Of a stretch of DNA of 42,117 bases, positions 8,014 through 16,486 are shown one piece after another. The notes under the pieces are model-generated. The model worked only from the letters and a program-made list of their open reading frames with translations, had not been told where the DNA came from and made no database searches. Both the position numbers and the translations under genes were made by a program. The DNA is taken from contig PBVU01000065.1 in assembly GCA_002728775.1 (NCBI GenBank), positions 1 through 42,117 on the forward strand. The letters run 5' to 3'. Each line of letters starts with the position of its first letter. Position 1 is the stretch's first letter. The stretch comes from Verrucomicrobiales bacterium. Lineage in GTDB: Bacteria > Verrucomicrobiota > Verrucomicrobiia > Limisphaerales > UBA1100.

Positions 8014-8946
8014 TCAGGCGAGAGTAAGGAGGCTGACTTCCGGGCGGCAGTTCAGACGCACGCCGTGGAGGTTGCCGACGCCTTTGGTGATGTGGAGCCA
8101 GCGGTTGTTCCACTGATGCAGCCCGCGCACGAAACGTTTGTCGCGCACGGGCGCAAAGGGTGCGCCGATGCCGGGCACCCAAACCTGTCCGCCGTGTGTG
8201 TGCCCGCAAAGGGCGAGCTGCCAGTCAAACGGCTTTAGGATGTCTTTCGTGTCAGGGTTGTGGGAAAGGACAAGAGTGTCCGCATCCGGGCGAGGGGGGG
8301 CTGCGAAGGCGATGTCGGGATCGCATTGATTGTTCCACGGATCGCCGACGCCGACCAGATTCAGGTGCCGGCCACCGATGGCCACCGCGGTGGAGGCATT
8401 GTGAAGGAGGGTGATGCCGGCGTTTTTTAGCAGCGAGCGGACGTGGTTGGTGTCCGGATAGCCAAGATGGCTGGCGGCCCACTCGCCGCCGTCATGATTG
8501 CCCAAGCAGGCAAAGGCTGGGGCAGCTTCAGAGAGCAGGGCCAGTGTCTTGGCGTAGTCATCATAACGGCGGTATTTCCAAGTGATGAAATCGCCCGTGA
8601 TGCAGATGAGTTCCGGCCGGTACTCTTCCAAGGCAAGCTCGAAGGCGCGCCTGAGAAAGCCGAGGCTCACAACCCTTGAGGCGTGGAGATCGGAAAGATG
8701 GAGCAGTCTGACCGGTTGGCGTGGGGTGCCGAGAGGAACGGTGTAGCGGTTGACCTCAATCCAGCCAGGCTCCCACAAGCGCATGTAGCCCGCTGTGGCA
8801 ACGCCTGTGCCGCCTGCAGTGAGAGCTGCGCCCTTGATGAAGCGCCGTCGGCTAGAGTGGTCGCGCCAGTAATCGCGCAGACGCGCCAATCGCCGCGAGC
8901 GATTGGCGCGACTGCGTTGCCAAAGACTGCGGAGACGCTTGATCAC
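8014..8946 (-). CDS. Tat-exported metallophosphoesterase (calcineurin-like, YaeI-type)
   Basis: Twin-arginine motif SRRRFIKGAALTAGGTG. Metallophosphoesterase motifs are present: HLSDLH, ITGDF, GNHD, GHTHGGQ. GTG start. Confidence 0.85.
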   Translation of the reverse strand: MIKRLRSLWQRSRANRSRRLARLRDYWRDHSSRRRFIKGAALTAGGTGVATAGYMRLWEPGWIEVNRYTVPLGTPRQPVRLLHLSDLHASRVVSLGFLRRAFELALEEYRPELICITGDFITWKYRRYDDYAKTLALLSEAAPAFACLGNHDGGEWAASHLGYPDTNHVRSLLKNAGITLLHNASTAVAIGGRHLNLVGVGDPWNNQCDPDIAFAAPPRPDADTLVLSHNPDTKDILKPFDWQLALCGHTHGGQVWVPGIGAPFAPVRDKRFVRGLHQWNNRWLHITKGVGNLHGVRLNCRPEVSLLTLA

Positions 8947-8971
8947 TGGAGCGTAAGGGTAGCGCGAATTT

Positions 8972-10147
8972 TCAGGCCGTCAACGCTGCATCCCAGTCTT
9001 TCCAGACAGGCTCATAGCCGGCGTTTGAAATCTGCGTGGCGACTTGCGCGGGCGTACGATCGTCGGCGATGTCGAACTGGCCAGTGGCCCATTCTCCGGC
9101 GCTGGGAACGGCCTGGGTGATGCGTCCCCGTTCCGTGAGGTGAAGGTTTTCCTTGCCCGCGCCGGTGTAACCACCGGGCTCTGTGTGGCTGCCAGCACTC
9201 ATGTGCGTTACCCCCAGGGTCATGAGACCATTGCGCAGGCGTGCGGGTTCACGGGTGGAAAGGACAATGCCCACATCGGGAAGCAGCATGCGCAGGGCGC
9301 AGATGAGTTGCGCCAGCTCGGCGTCCGACACATTGACGAGAGGTTCAAATTCTCCCGCGCATGGGCGGAGCCGAGGCATGGAAATGGTGAGTTGCGCTTT
9401 CCAGCAATGTTTCAAGAGCCACTGCGCGTGAGCAGCTACACTCAGTGCTTCCCAGCGCCAATCGCCCAACCCCAACAAGGCGCCAATCCCGAGACGCCGA
9501 AAGCCTGCATGGTAGGCACGTTCCGGAGTGGCGAGTCGCCAGTCAAAATCTTTCTTGGGGCCCGCCGTGTGCATTTCGGAATAGACAGGGCGGTCATACG
9601 TTTCCTGATAGACCACCAGGCCTTCGCAGCCGGCTTTGGCCAATGGGTTGTATTCCTCCGTTTCCATGGGCCCTACTTCGAGGCTAATGCCGGGGATGAA
9701 ATCGTGCAGTATCTTGATGCATTTCTGCAGGTAGCCTTCGGAGACAAAGCGTGGATGTTCGCCGGCAACCAGAAGAATGTTGCGGAACCCTTTTTTGACT
9801 AGAGCCTGTGCCTCGGTAATCACCTCGTCGACAGACAGGGTGACTCTCAGGATCGGATTATCCCGCGAGAAACCACAGTAGCTGCAGTTATTGATGCACT
9901 CGTTGGACAAGTATAGAGGTGCAAAAAGGCGGATGACCTTGCCAAAACGCTGTTGGGAAAGCACTTGGGCACGCCGCCCCATGGGCTCAAGATATTCGCG
10001 GGCGGCGGGGGAAATGAGGCGTGAGAAATCCGTAAGGTCCAAATGTGCCTTCCCCAAGGCTTGCTCAACCTCAGCTTGGGATGCATGCATGGAGCCGTGC
10101 AGCAATTTTTCCAGTGGCAGTCGATTGAAAGATTGGAGGAAACTCAC
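8972..10147 (-). CDS. thiH: 2-iminoacetate synthase ThiH (radical SAM tyrosine lyase)
   Basis: Collinear with what I recall of E. coli ThiH: LISPAA..YLE, PLYLSNECINNCSYCGF (the CxxxCxxC radical-SAM cluster), VYQETY, SMPRLRPC, VWKDWD. GTG start. Confidence 0.92.
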   Translation of the reverse strand: MSFLQSFNRLPLEKLLHGSMHASQAEVEQALGKAHLDLTDFSRLISPAAREYLEPMGRRAQVLSQQRFGKVIRLFAPLYLSNECINNCSYCGFSRDNPILRVTLSVDEVITEAQALVKKGFRNILLVAGEHPRFVSEGYLQKCIKILHDFIPGISLEVGPMETEEYNPLAKAGCEGLVVYQETYDRPVYSEMHTAGPKKDFDWRLATPERAYHAGFRRLGIGALLGLGDWRWEALSVAAHAQWLLKHCWKAQLTISMPRLRPCAGEFEPLVNVSDAELAQLICALRMLLPDVGIVLSTREPARLRNGLMTLGVTHMSAGSHTEPGGYTGAGKENLHLTERGRITQAVPSAGEWATGQFDIADDRTPAQVATQISNAGYEPVWKDWDAALTA

Positions 10148-10260
10148 GCGCCCAGCCTACCGGAGAGGGAGGCAGCCGGAAAGGAACAATGACCTTCAGG
10201 AAGCGGGGCTGGGGATAAGTTTTGCTCCCGCGTGGCCGGCAGCGGCGGTTGAATCAATTC

Positions 10261-11109
10261 GTGAGTCATGTCATCGCGGTAGCTAATCAGAAGGGTGGGG
10301 TGGGGAAAACAACCACGGCCATCAATCTGGCGGCCGGCTTGACGGCACAAGGTCGGTCTGTATTGGTTATCGACTTGGATCCCCAAGGCAACGCAACCAG
10401 CGGCTTGGGGGGCGCCAAGCTGGAACGAGGCAGTGCGTATGGTGCCCTGCTGGGCCAAGAGGAGTTATCGGGTAAAATTCGGGCAACGGACTTTAAAAAC
10501 CTTTACGTGGTTCCTAGTGAGCTGGACTTGTGCGGTGCGGAAATCGAACTGCCTCAGGTTGAAAAACACCTCCAGAGGCTTCGCCAAGCCTTGGGGCCAA
10601 TTCGCGCGGCTGATGACTATGAGCTGGTGATCATAGATTGTCCTCCTTCTCTGGGTTCATTGACCTTGAACGCCTTTGCCGCTGCGGACAGTGTTTTGGT
10701 GCCGTTACAGTGCGAGTACTTTGCGCTGGAGGGGATCAGTATGGTCAACCGGTTGTTGGCGCAGGTGCGAGACAGTGGTGAAAATCCCTCCCTTCGCCTG
10801 TTGGGCATTGTGATGACCATGTTCGACGGACGCACAAGGTTGAGCCAGCAAGTACTTGAGGAAGTGCGTGCGCATTTCCCTGGGGCTATTTTTGAGACCA
10901 CCATCCCGCGCACAACGCGTTTGGCGGAAGCGCCCAGTCATGGCAAGCCAATCCGGCAGTATGACCCCCATGGCGTTGGTGCGGCGGCGTATGATGTTCT
11001 GGCTCAGGAAGTTGCGGATCGACTGCGCTTGTCCGAGTATGCGCCGGCGAATGTGGTGGAAGCGCCGGCTCCCGAGCCCCCGGTTGCCGTGACTGGCGAG
11101 GGCGCTTGA
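10261..11109 (+). CDS. ParA/Soj-family P-loop ATPase (no adjacent parB)
   Basis: Deviant Walker A motif: IAVANQKGGVGKTTTAINLAA. Also DLDPQGN, IIDCPPSLG and PRTTRLAEAPSHGKP. The likely start is the GTG at 10261; the track's TTG at 10222 adds 13 aa. Confidence 0.9.
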   Translation: MSHVIAVANQKGGVGKTTTAINLAAGLTAQGRSVLVIDLDPQGNATSGLGGAKLERGSAYGALLGQEELSGKIRATDFKNLYVVPSELDLCGAEIELPQVEKHLQRLRQALGPIRAADDYELVIIDCPPSLGSLTLNAFAAADSVLVPLQCEYFALEGISMVNRLLAQVRDSGENPSLRLLGIVMTMFDGRTRLSQQVLEEVRAHFPGAIFETTIPRTTRLAEAPSHGKPIRQYDPHGVGAAAYDVLAQEVADRLRLSEYAPANVVEAPAPEPPVAVTGEGA

Positions 11110-11136
11110 GGGCAGCGCGAATTTGGACTTGATTCC

Positions 11137-11171
11137 GGCGGCAATTTCAGGAGGATGCCGCCTCTTTTTTT
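11137..11171 (+). terminator. rho-independent terminator after the ParA-like gene
   Basis: GGCGGCA (11137-11143) pairs with TGCCGCC (11156-11162) around a 12-nt loop, followed by TCTTTTTTT. Confidence 0.7.
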
Positions 11172-11334
11172 GCAAAGACGATGAGCAGGTACACTTTGGT
11201 TTTTGTTTTGTTTGAAATGCTGGCAGCCGCGGCCAAGGCTTCGGGGCTGTTGGCCGGGTGGTGATTTTCCAAAATCGAGCTTGCAGAAGCGGCGGTGTTT
11301 TTTGAGTATGCCGCCGCTTTCGGTTATTTTGAGC

Positions 11335-12600
11335 ATGATGCGTAACTTATTAATTCTTACGGTTCTTGGAACATCCACGCTGATGGCGGAATGGCCCCAG
11401 TATCGTGGCCCGAACAAGGACGGCACGACCGCAGGGAGAATCGCCACGTCATGGCCGGTCGCCGGCCCGAAGACGGAATGGCGGGTGAAGACGCCCAATG
11501 GATTCAGTTCAATCACAGTGTCAGATGAGCGTGCGTTTACTTTCGTGACTCGCGAAGGCCGCGAAACCTTGGTGGCCCTTGATGTTGAGACAGGCCGTGA
11601 ACTTTGGGCAACGGCCATGACGCCAGCCGATTATGGCCACAACGGAGGCAATGCGGGGGCGCGCGGGAATCAAGGTGGCGATGGTGCGCGCTCAACCCCT
11701 TCAGTTGATGGTGGACGCGTTTATGCTTTGTCGGCGGACTTGGTCCTGCTTTGCGTTGTTGCAAAGACCGGGCAAAAAGTTTGGCAGCGTAACATCATCG
11801 CTGAGTTTGGAGGTGCGCCAATAAAATGGAAGAACGCGGCTTCACCCTTGCTGGATGGAGACCTTGTTTATGTCGGTGGTGGCGGGACCGGCCAATCGCT
11901 GATTGCACTGAACAAGGTTGATGGGAAGGTGGCATGGAAAACGGGCACGGAGACCATTACCCATGCGACACCAATTGTTGCTGACATTCATGGGGTGCGG
12001 CAGGTGATTTTCTTTACGCAAAGCGGCTTGATTTCGCTGGAGAGCGTAACGGGCAAGTTACTTTGGAAGCAGCCGTTCAAATTTGCCGTGTCCACGGCGG
12101 CCTCGCCAGTGGTTGAGGGTAGTTTGGTTTTTTGTTCGGCAGGATATGGTGTCGGCGGCGGATGTTTTCGTGTGGATCACAAGGAGGGGAAATGGACAAC
12201 GGATGAGGTCTGGCGAATCCCTGGCAACGCACATGTGGCCAATCATTGGAGCACGCCAGTGGTCAAGAACGGGCATCTTTATGGGTTGTTCGGTTTCAAA
12301 AAATATGGGGATGGGCCATTGAAGTGCGTCGAATTGGCAACCGGTAAAATCAAGTGGGAACAGGAAGGTTTTGGTGCGGGCAATGTGATCTTGGTGGATG
12401 GCAATGTTCTGGCGTTGACGGATTTTGGCGAAGTGGTTCTGGCCAAGGCAACGCCCGAGGGCTACCGTGAGATGGCTCGAGCCAAGGCCGTCGGCGGAAA
12501 ATGTTGGAGCACGCCAACGACGAGTGGCGGCCGTGTATTTGTGCGAAGCACGACCGAGGCGGTTTGTTTGAATGTGGACCCCAAGGTGGCGCGGCGATAG
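11335..12600 (+). CDS. secreted PQQ-like (BamB-type) beta-propeller repeat protein
   Basis: Signal peptide MMRNLLILTVLGTSTLMA followed by WPQYRGPN. Repeated beta-propeller blade motifs are present (..V.ALD..TG...W.., G.VY.., L.AL....GK..W). The start is trimmed from the TTG at 11203; the ATG at 11308 is an alternative. Confidence 0.75.
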   Translation: MMRNLLILTVLGTSTLMAEWPQYRGPNKDGTTAGRIATSWPVAGPKTEWRVKTPNGFSSITVSDERAFTFVTREGRETLVALDVETGRELWATAMTPADYGHNGGNAGARGNQGGDGARSTPSVDGGRVYALSADLVLLCVVAKTGQKVWQRNIIAEFGGAPIKWKNAASPLLDGDLVYVGGGGTGQSLIALNKVDGKVAWKTGTETITHATPIVADIHGVRQVIFFTQSGLISLESVTGKLLWKQPFKFAVSTAASPVVEGSLVFCSAGYGVGGGCFRVDHKEGKWTTDEVWRIPGNAHVANHWSTPVVKNGHLYGLFGFKKYGDGPLKCVELATGKIKWEQEGFGAGNVILVDGNVLALTDFGEVVLAKATPEGYREMARAKAVGGKCWSTPTTSGGRVFVRSTTEAVCLNVDPKVARR

Positions 12601-12615
12601 AAGGGAGTTTCTTTT

Positions 12616-13326
12616 ATGCCAAAGGTAATTGCAGACATGATGATTGACGAGGTGGTAATGGAACTGCCTGATACCAAGACAATTCGGCTCAAATGGCCGG
12701 AGGGTTATAACGTGGAATTTCTTACGGGCCAATTCATCACGGTATCCTGGCCCGACTCCCCAAAATATAGGCGAGCCTACTCGCTTTCTTCGTGCGCCTT
12801 GGATCAGGGGTTTTATGAGGTTACCGTGAAGCGCGATGGCAAAATGGGCACGCGCATCGTTGACTGGGCCAAGGAGGGGGATGTGCTGACGGTGATCCAG
12901 CCGGTGGGCAAGTTTTTGCCGGCGTATGACAAGCAACTGGTTTGTTTAGCGGGCGGCTCCGGGGTTACTCCCTTCCGCGGATTTGTGAGGGAGGCCAACC
13001 GGCGGAAGCTGGACACCAAAATAACCGTCCTTTACAGCGTCCGCACGACGGATGATATTATCTTTAATGATGAGTTTCGTGAGCTTGAGAAGGAGAACAA
13101 AAATTTCAAATTTGGCGTCACGTGCACTCGTCTGCCGGAGGATGACCCGTGGGAAGGACGTCGGGGACGCATTGATGAGGCATGGGTGAGGAAGCACGTG
13201 GATGATTTGGAGAATACGATCTTCTATTCCTGTGGCCCAACTCCGTTGGTGGAGTTTTCCGAGACGATGGTTACGAATCACATGGGTGTGCCCAAGGAAC
13301 AGATGATCGTCGAGAAATGGGGGTAA
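12616..13326 (+). CDS. ferredoxin-NADP reductase-like FAD/NAD(P)-binding oxidoreductase (no Fe-S domain)
   Basis: RAYSLSS (RxYS FAD motif), GGSGVTP (NAD(P) motif) and CGP near the C-terminus. AAGGGAG Shine-Dalgarno sequence upstream. 236 aa. Confidence 0.8.
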   Translation: MPKVIADMMIDEVVMELPDTKTIRLKWPEGYNVEFLTGQFITVSWPDSPKYRRAYSLSSCALDQGFYEVTVKRDGKMGTRIVDWAKEGDVLTVIQPVGKFLPAYDKQLVCLAGGSGVTPFRGFVREANRRKLDTKITVLYSVRTTDDIIFNDEFRELEKENKNFKFGVTCTRLPEDDPWEGRRGRIDEAWVRKHVDDLENTIFYSCGPTPLVEFSETMVTNHMGVPKEQMIVEKWG

Positions 13327-13332
13327 ACTAGA

Positions 13333-14508
13333 ATGGAAGAGCGCGCAACAACCACGCGCCTGCGGCGATCACCTTTGCATGCTGCACATGTCCGGCTCGG
13401 AGGACAGATGGTTGACTTCGAGCATTGGGAGATGCCGGTCAAGTATTCCGGCATTGTGGAGGAACATCACACCGTTCGTAAAGCGGCTGGCTTGTTCGAT
13501 ATATCCCATATGGGGGAGATTTGGATCAATGGGCTGCGAGCGGCGGATTTCCTGAATTGGGTGTTGACCAATGACGTGTCCGCGCTGGAAACGGGCCAAG
13601 CGCAGTATTCGCTGATGTGCAACGAAGTTGGTGGCGTGCTGGACGATCTATATGTGTATCGAATCGGGGCCGAGACATTTCTGCTGATGGTCAATGCTTC
13701 CCGAACAGGCCGAGATATGCTTTGGCTGGAGGAAAAACTGGAGGAATTTGGGCAGTCTAACCGAGTGGTGCTAAAGAATGTCTCACAAGATTATGGTGCG
13801 GTGGCATTGCAGGGGCGGGCTTCGGAAAAAATCTTGAGCGATGCGATTGGTGGCAACGGCCTGATTAAGGTGGATCGTCCATCGGACCTTCAAAAGAACG
13901 AGATTGAGGCATTCGCGCTGGGCGACAGGGATGTTTATGTGGCGCGCACGGGATATACGGGGGAGGATGGATTTGAGGTGATTGCGCCCGCCGAATGCAT
14001 TGGTGATGTCTGGAATCGATTGTTGACCGCGGGCGAGTCGGAGGGGCTCAAACCCTGTGGACTGGGAGCTCGTGATACGTTACGGCTGGAAATGGGATAT
14101 CCACTTTACGGCCATGAGCTATCGGAGCAAATCACACCCTTGGAGGCGGGCTTGGGTTACTTTGTGAAGCTGGGCAAGGGTGAGTTTGTCGGCAGTGTTG
14201 AATTGGCGAATCAAAAGGAAAAGAAACCCAACCGCAAATGTGTGGCATTTCGGCTTACGGATAAGGCGCCGCCGCCGCGCGCCGAATATACCATTTGGGG
14301 GCGGGACACAGTTTGGAAAACCGGCGACTTGAACATGATTGGCAAAGTGACCAGCGGCAATCAAAGCCCTTCGCTGGGGATCGGGATTGGGCTGGCCCTA
14401 GTGCAGTCCAGCTTCGCCGGGATGGGCACCAAGCTGGAGGTGAACATTCGCAACCGCAACGTGCCTGCCGAGGTGGTGAAGAAGCCGTTTTATAAACCGA
14501 AGGATTAA
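13333..14508 (+). CDS. gcvT: glycine cleavage system aminomethyltransferase GcvT
   Basis: PLH..H..LGG.MVDF..W.MPV.Y....EH..VR...[20 protein letters not shown] and ARD.LRLE are all typical of the T-protein. Confidence 0.93.
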   Translation: MEERATTTRLRRSPLHAAHVRLGGQMVDFEHWEMPVKYSGIVEEHHTVRKAAGLFDISHMGEIWINGLRAADFLNWVLTNDVSALETGQAQYSLMCNEVGGVLDDLYVYRIGAETFLLMVNASRTGRDMLWLEEKLEEFGQSNRVVLKNVSQDYGAVALQGRASEKILSDAIGGNGLIKVDRPSDLQKNEIEAFALGDRDVYVARTGYTGEDGFEVIAPAECIGDVWNRLLTAGESEGLKPCGLGARDTLRLEMGYPLYGHELSEQITPLEAGLGYFVKLGKGEFVGSVELANQKEKKPNRKCVAFRLTDKAPPPRAEYTIWGRDTVWKTGDLNMIGKVTSGNQSPSLGIGIGLALVQSSFAGMGTKLEVNIRNRNVPAEVVKKPFYKPKD

Positions 14509-14513
14509 CATTC

Positions 14514-14894
14514 ATGAGCAGAATTCCAGAAAATCTGAAATATGCAACCAGCCATGAATGGCTTTCCGTTGAGGCCGAAGCCGGCACGGTGGGCATCACC
14601 GATCATGCTCAGGCGGAATTGACAGACATTGTATTTGTTGAGCTGCCCGAAGTGGGAAGGCAGCTGGTAGCCGGAGACAATTGCGCCGTGGTGGAATCCG
14701 TGAAATCAGCCAGCGAGATTTATTGCCCCGCGGACGGCGAAGTCTTGGAGGTTAATCCCGCACTGACAGACAACCCGGGCCTTGTGAATGACGACCCTTA
14801 CGGCGATGGATGGTTTTTCAAAATAAAGATCGGCGCGCCATCCGAATCATTGCTGGATGCGGCTGGTTATGCCAGCGAGATCGGGGAAAGCTGA
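14514..14894 (+). CDS. gcvH: glycine cleavage system H protein
   Basis: 126 aa: YATSHEWL......[19 protein letters not shown], plus the lipoyl-lysine motif [11 protein letters not shown]. Confidence 0.95.
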   Translation: MSRIPENLKYATSHEWLSVEAEAGTVGITDHAQAELTDIVFVELPEVGRQLVAGDNCAVVESVKSASEIYCPADGEVLEVNPALTDNPGLVNDDPYGDGWFFKIKIGAPSESLLDAAGYASEIGES

Positions 14895-14929
14895 TTGTTG
14901 GCTGCCCCTGCTTGAGCAATAAAGAACGG

Positions 14930-16486
14930 GTGACTTTTCGGCTCCTCATTTTCTTGGCGGCGGCAAACGTGTTTGCCGCTCCGTTTGACTTGGTCCTTTC
15001 CAACGGACTCATCGTGGATGGCTCGGGCAGAAAAGCTTATAGGGGAGGAGTGGGGATTCAGGAAGGGCGAATCGTTGCGGTTGGAGATGTTGCCGGAGAA
15101 TCCAGAAAAGTTGTGGATGTCAACGGCGCGGTGATTGCCCCGGGGTTTATTGACGTTCACACCCACGCGGAAAACATTGAGCATCATCCTGCGGCCAAGG
15201 CTTTCTTGGCGATGGGCGTCACGACACTGGTGCTTGGAAATTGCGGATCCTCTCAATTGAATCTCGCGGAGTTCTTTGGGCGGCTTGGGCAGAAAGGATT
15301 CTCTCCAAATGTGGCAAGTCTGATTGGCCATGGGACAGTAAGGCGGCAGGTCATGGGAGGATCATTCCTGCGCCCACCCACAACGAAGGAAATGTCGGCC
15401 ATGTCGGCACTTGTTGCTCAAGCCATGAAAGATGGCTCACTGGGAATGTCGACTGGGTTGATTTATTTGCCGGGCACATACGCCAAGACCGAGGAGCTTG
15501 TGGCCCTCGCTAAAGTGGTGTCCATGCATGGAGGTATCTATGTCAGTCACATGAGGAGTGAGGGAAAGGAGATTTTCAAGGCGGTTGACGAGGTTGGCCT
15601 CATTGGGAGAGAAGCCGGCCTCCCGGTTCATATTTCCCATTTGAAGCTCGGAGGCAAGCCAATGTGGGGCAAGCACAAGGAATTGTTAAACCGCTTGAAT
15701 GGGATGCGCGCGGCGGGGCTGCTACTGACACACGACCAGTATGCCTACACGGCATCTAGCACTGGAATTCAACAACTGATTCCCAGTGAGGCACGCCGGG
15801 CCGGGCGCGGGGAATTTTCAAAATTGCTTAATCATCCGGGAAAGAAATCTGCCCTTGTAGAACAGATGAAGGAAAGGATTCACAACAAGGGGCGCGATTC
15901 CTATGACTACGCAGTGATTGCGGACTTTCGCCATGAACCCGGGCTGAACGGCTTGAACATAGTTCAAGCCGCTCAAAGAAAATATGGCAAGAATTCGCTG
16001 GAGCAGCAAATTGAACTGATTTTCTGGATTGAGAAAAACGGAGGGGGCAGTGGCGTTTTTCACGGGATGCACGAGGATGATGCCCGAGCGTTCATGCGAA
16101 ATCCCCACACGATGTTCGCTTCAGACAGCAGCGTCCGCGTATTCAAGAACGGCGTGCCACATCCTCGCGGATATGGGAACGCAGCCAGAATTTTGGCGCG
16201 CTACGTCAGAGAGCAAAATGTACTGACCCTGGAAGATGCCGTCAGGCGGATGACTTCGCTGCCTGCACAAACGTTCAAATTGGCGAACCGAGGAATACTA
16301 AAAAAGGGCTCGTGGGCGGATGTGGTGGTGTTTGATCCCAGAGAAGTTCAGGATCATTCGACTTTTAGCAAGCCACACCAATACTCAACTGGCTTCCAGC
16401 TTGTCCTGGTGAATGGTCAGATTGTAGTGGAAAAGGATCGCCACAATGGCGCGGGGCCGGGGCAAATTATTCGTCGCGAGCGTTGA
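14930..16486 (+). CDS. N-acyl-D-amino-acid deacylase (D-aminoacylase) family amidohydrolase, secreted
   Basis: GLIVDGSG, VIAPGFIDVHTH, SHMRSEG, VHISHLK and the C-terminal ADVVVFDP..V.D are typical of D-aminoacylases. The start is set to the in-frame GTG at 14930, after the gcvH stop, giving VTFRLLIFLAAANVFA as a signal peptide. The track ORF starts at 14810, inside gcvH. Confidence 0.8.
   Translation: MTFRLLIFLAAANVFAAPFDLVLSNGLIVDGSGRKAYRGGVGIQEGRIVAVGDVAGESRKVVDVNGAVIAPGFIDVHTHAENIEHHPAAKAFLAMGVTTLVLGNCGSSQLNLAEFFGRLGQKGFSPNVASLIGHGTVRRQVMGGSFLRPPTTKEMSAMSALVAQAMKDGSLGMSTGLIYLPGTYAKTEELVALAKVVSMHGGIYVSHMRSEGKEIFKAVDEVGLIGREAGLPVHISHLKLGGKPMWGKHKELLNRLNGMRAAGLLLTHDQYAYTASSTGIQQLIPSEARRAGRGEFSKLLNHPGKKSALVEQMKERIHNKGRDSYDYAVIADFRHEPGLNGLNIVQAAQRKYGKNSLEQQIELIFWIEKNGGGSGVFHGMHEDDARAFMRNPHTMFASDSSVRVFKNGVPHPRGYGNAARILARYVREQNVLTLEDAVRRMTSLPAQTFKLANRGILKKGSWADVVVFDPREVQDHSTFSKPHQYSTGFQLVLVNGQIVVEKDRHNGAGPGQIIRRER

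Noticed and set aside
10148-10260. Possible TPP (THI-box) riboswitch in the thiH leader.
   Set aside because: Reading the minus strand, I could not find the conserved CUGAGA and ACCUGAUC..GG.UAAU.CC.GCG cores. A covariance-model scan would be needed for certainty.
11172-11334. Possible glycine riboswitch upstream of the operon containing gcvT/gcvH.
   Set aside because: There is no GGAGAG...ACCGAAGGGGCAA...CUCAGGCA-type conserved core visible. The hairpins present look like generic GC stems. I retained this region only as a generic structured-leader finding.
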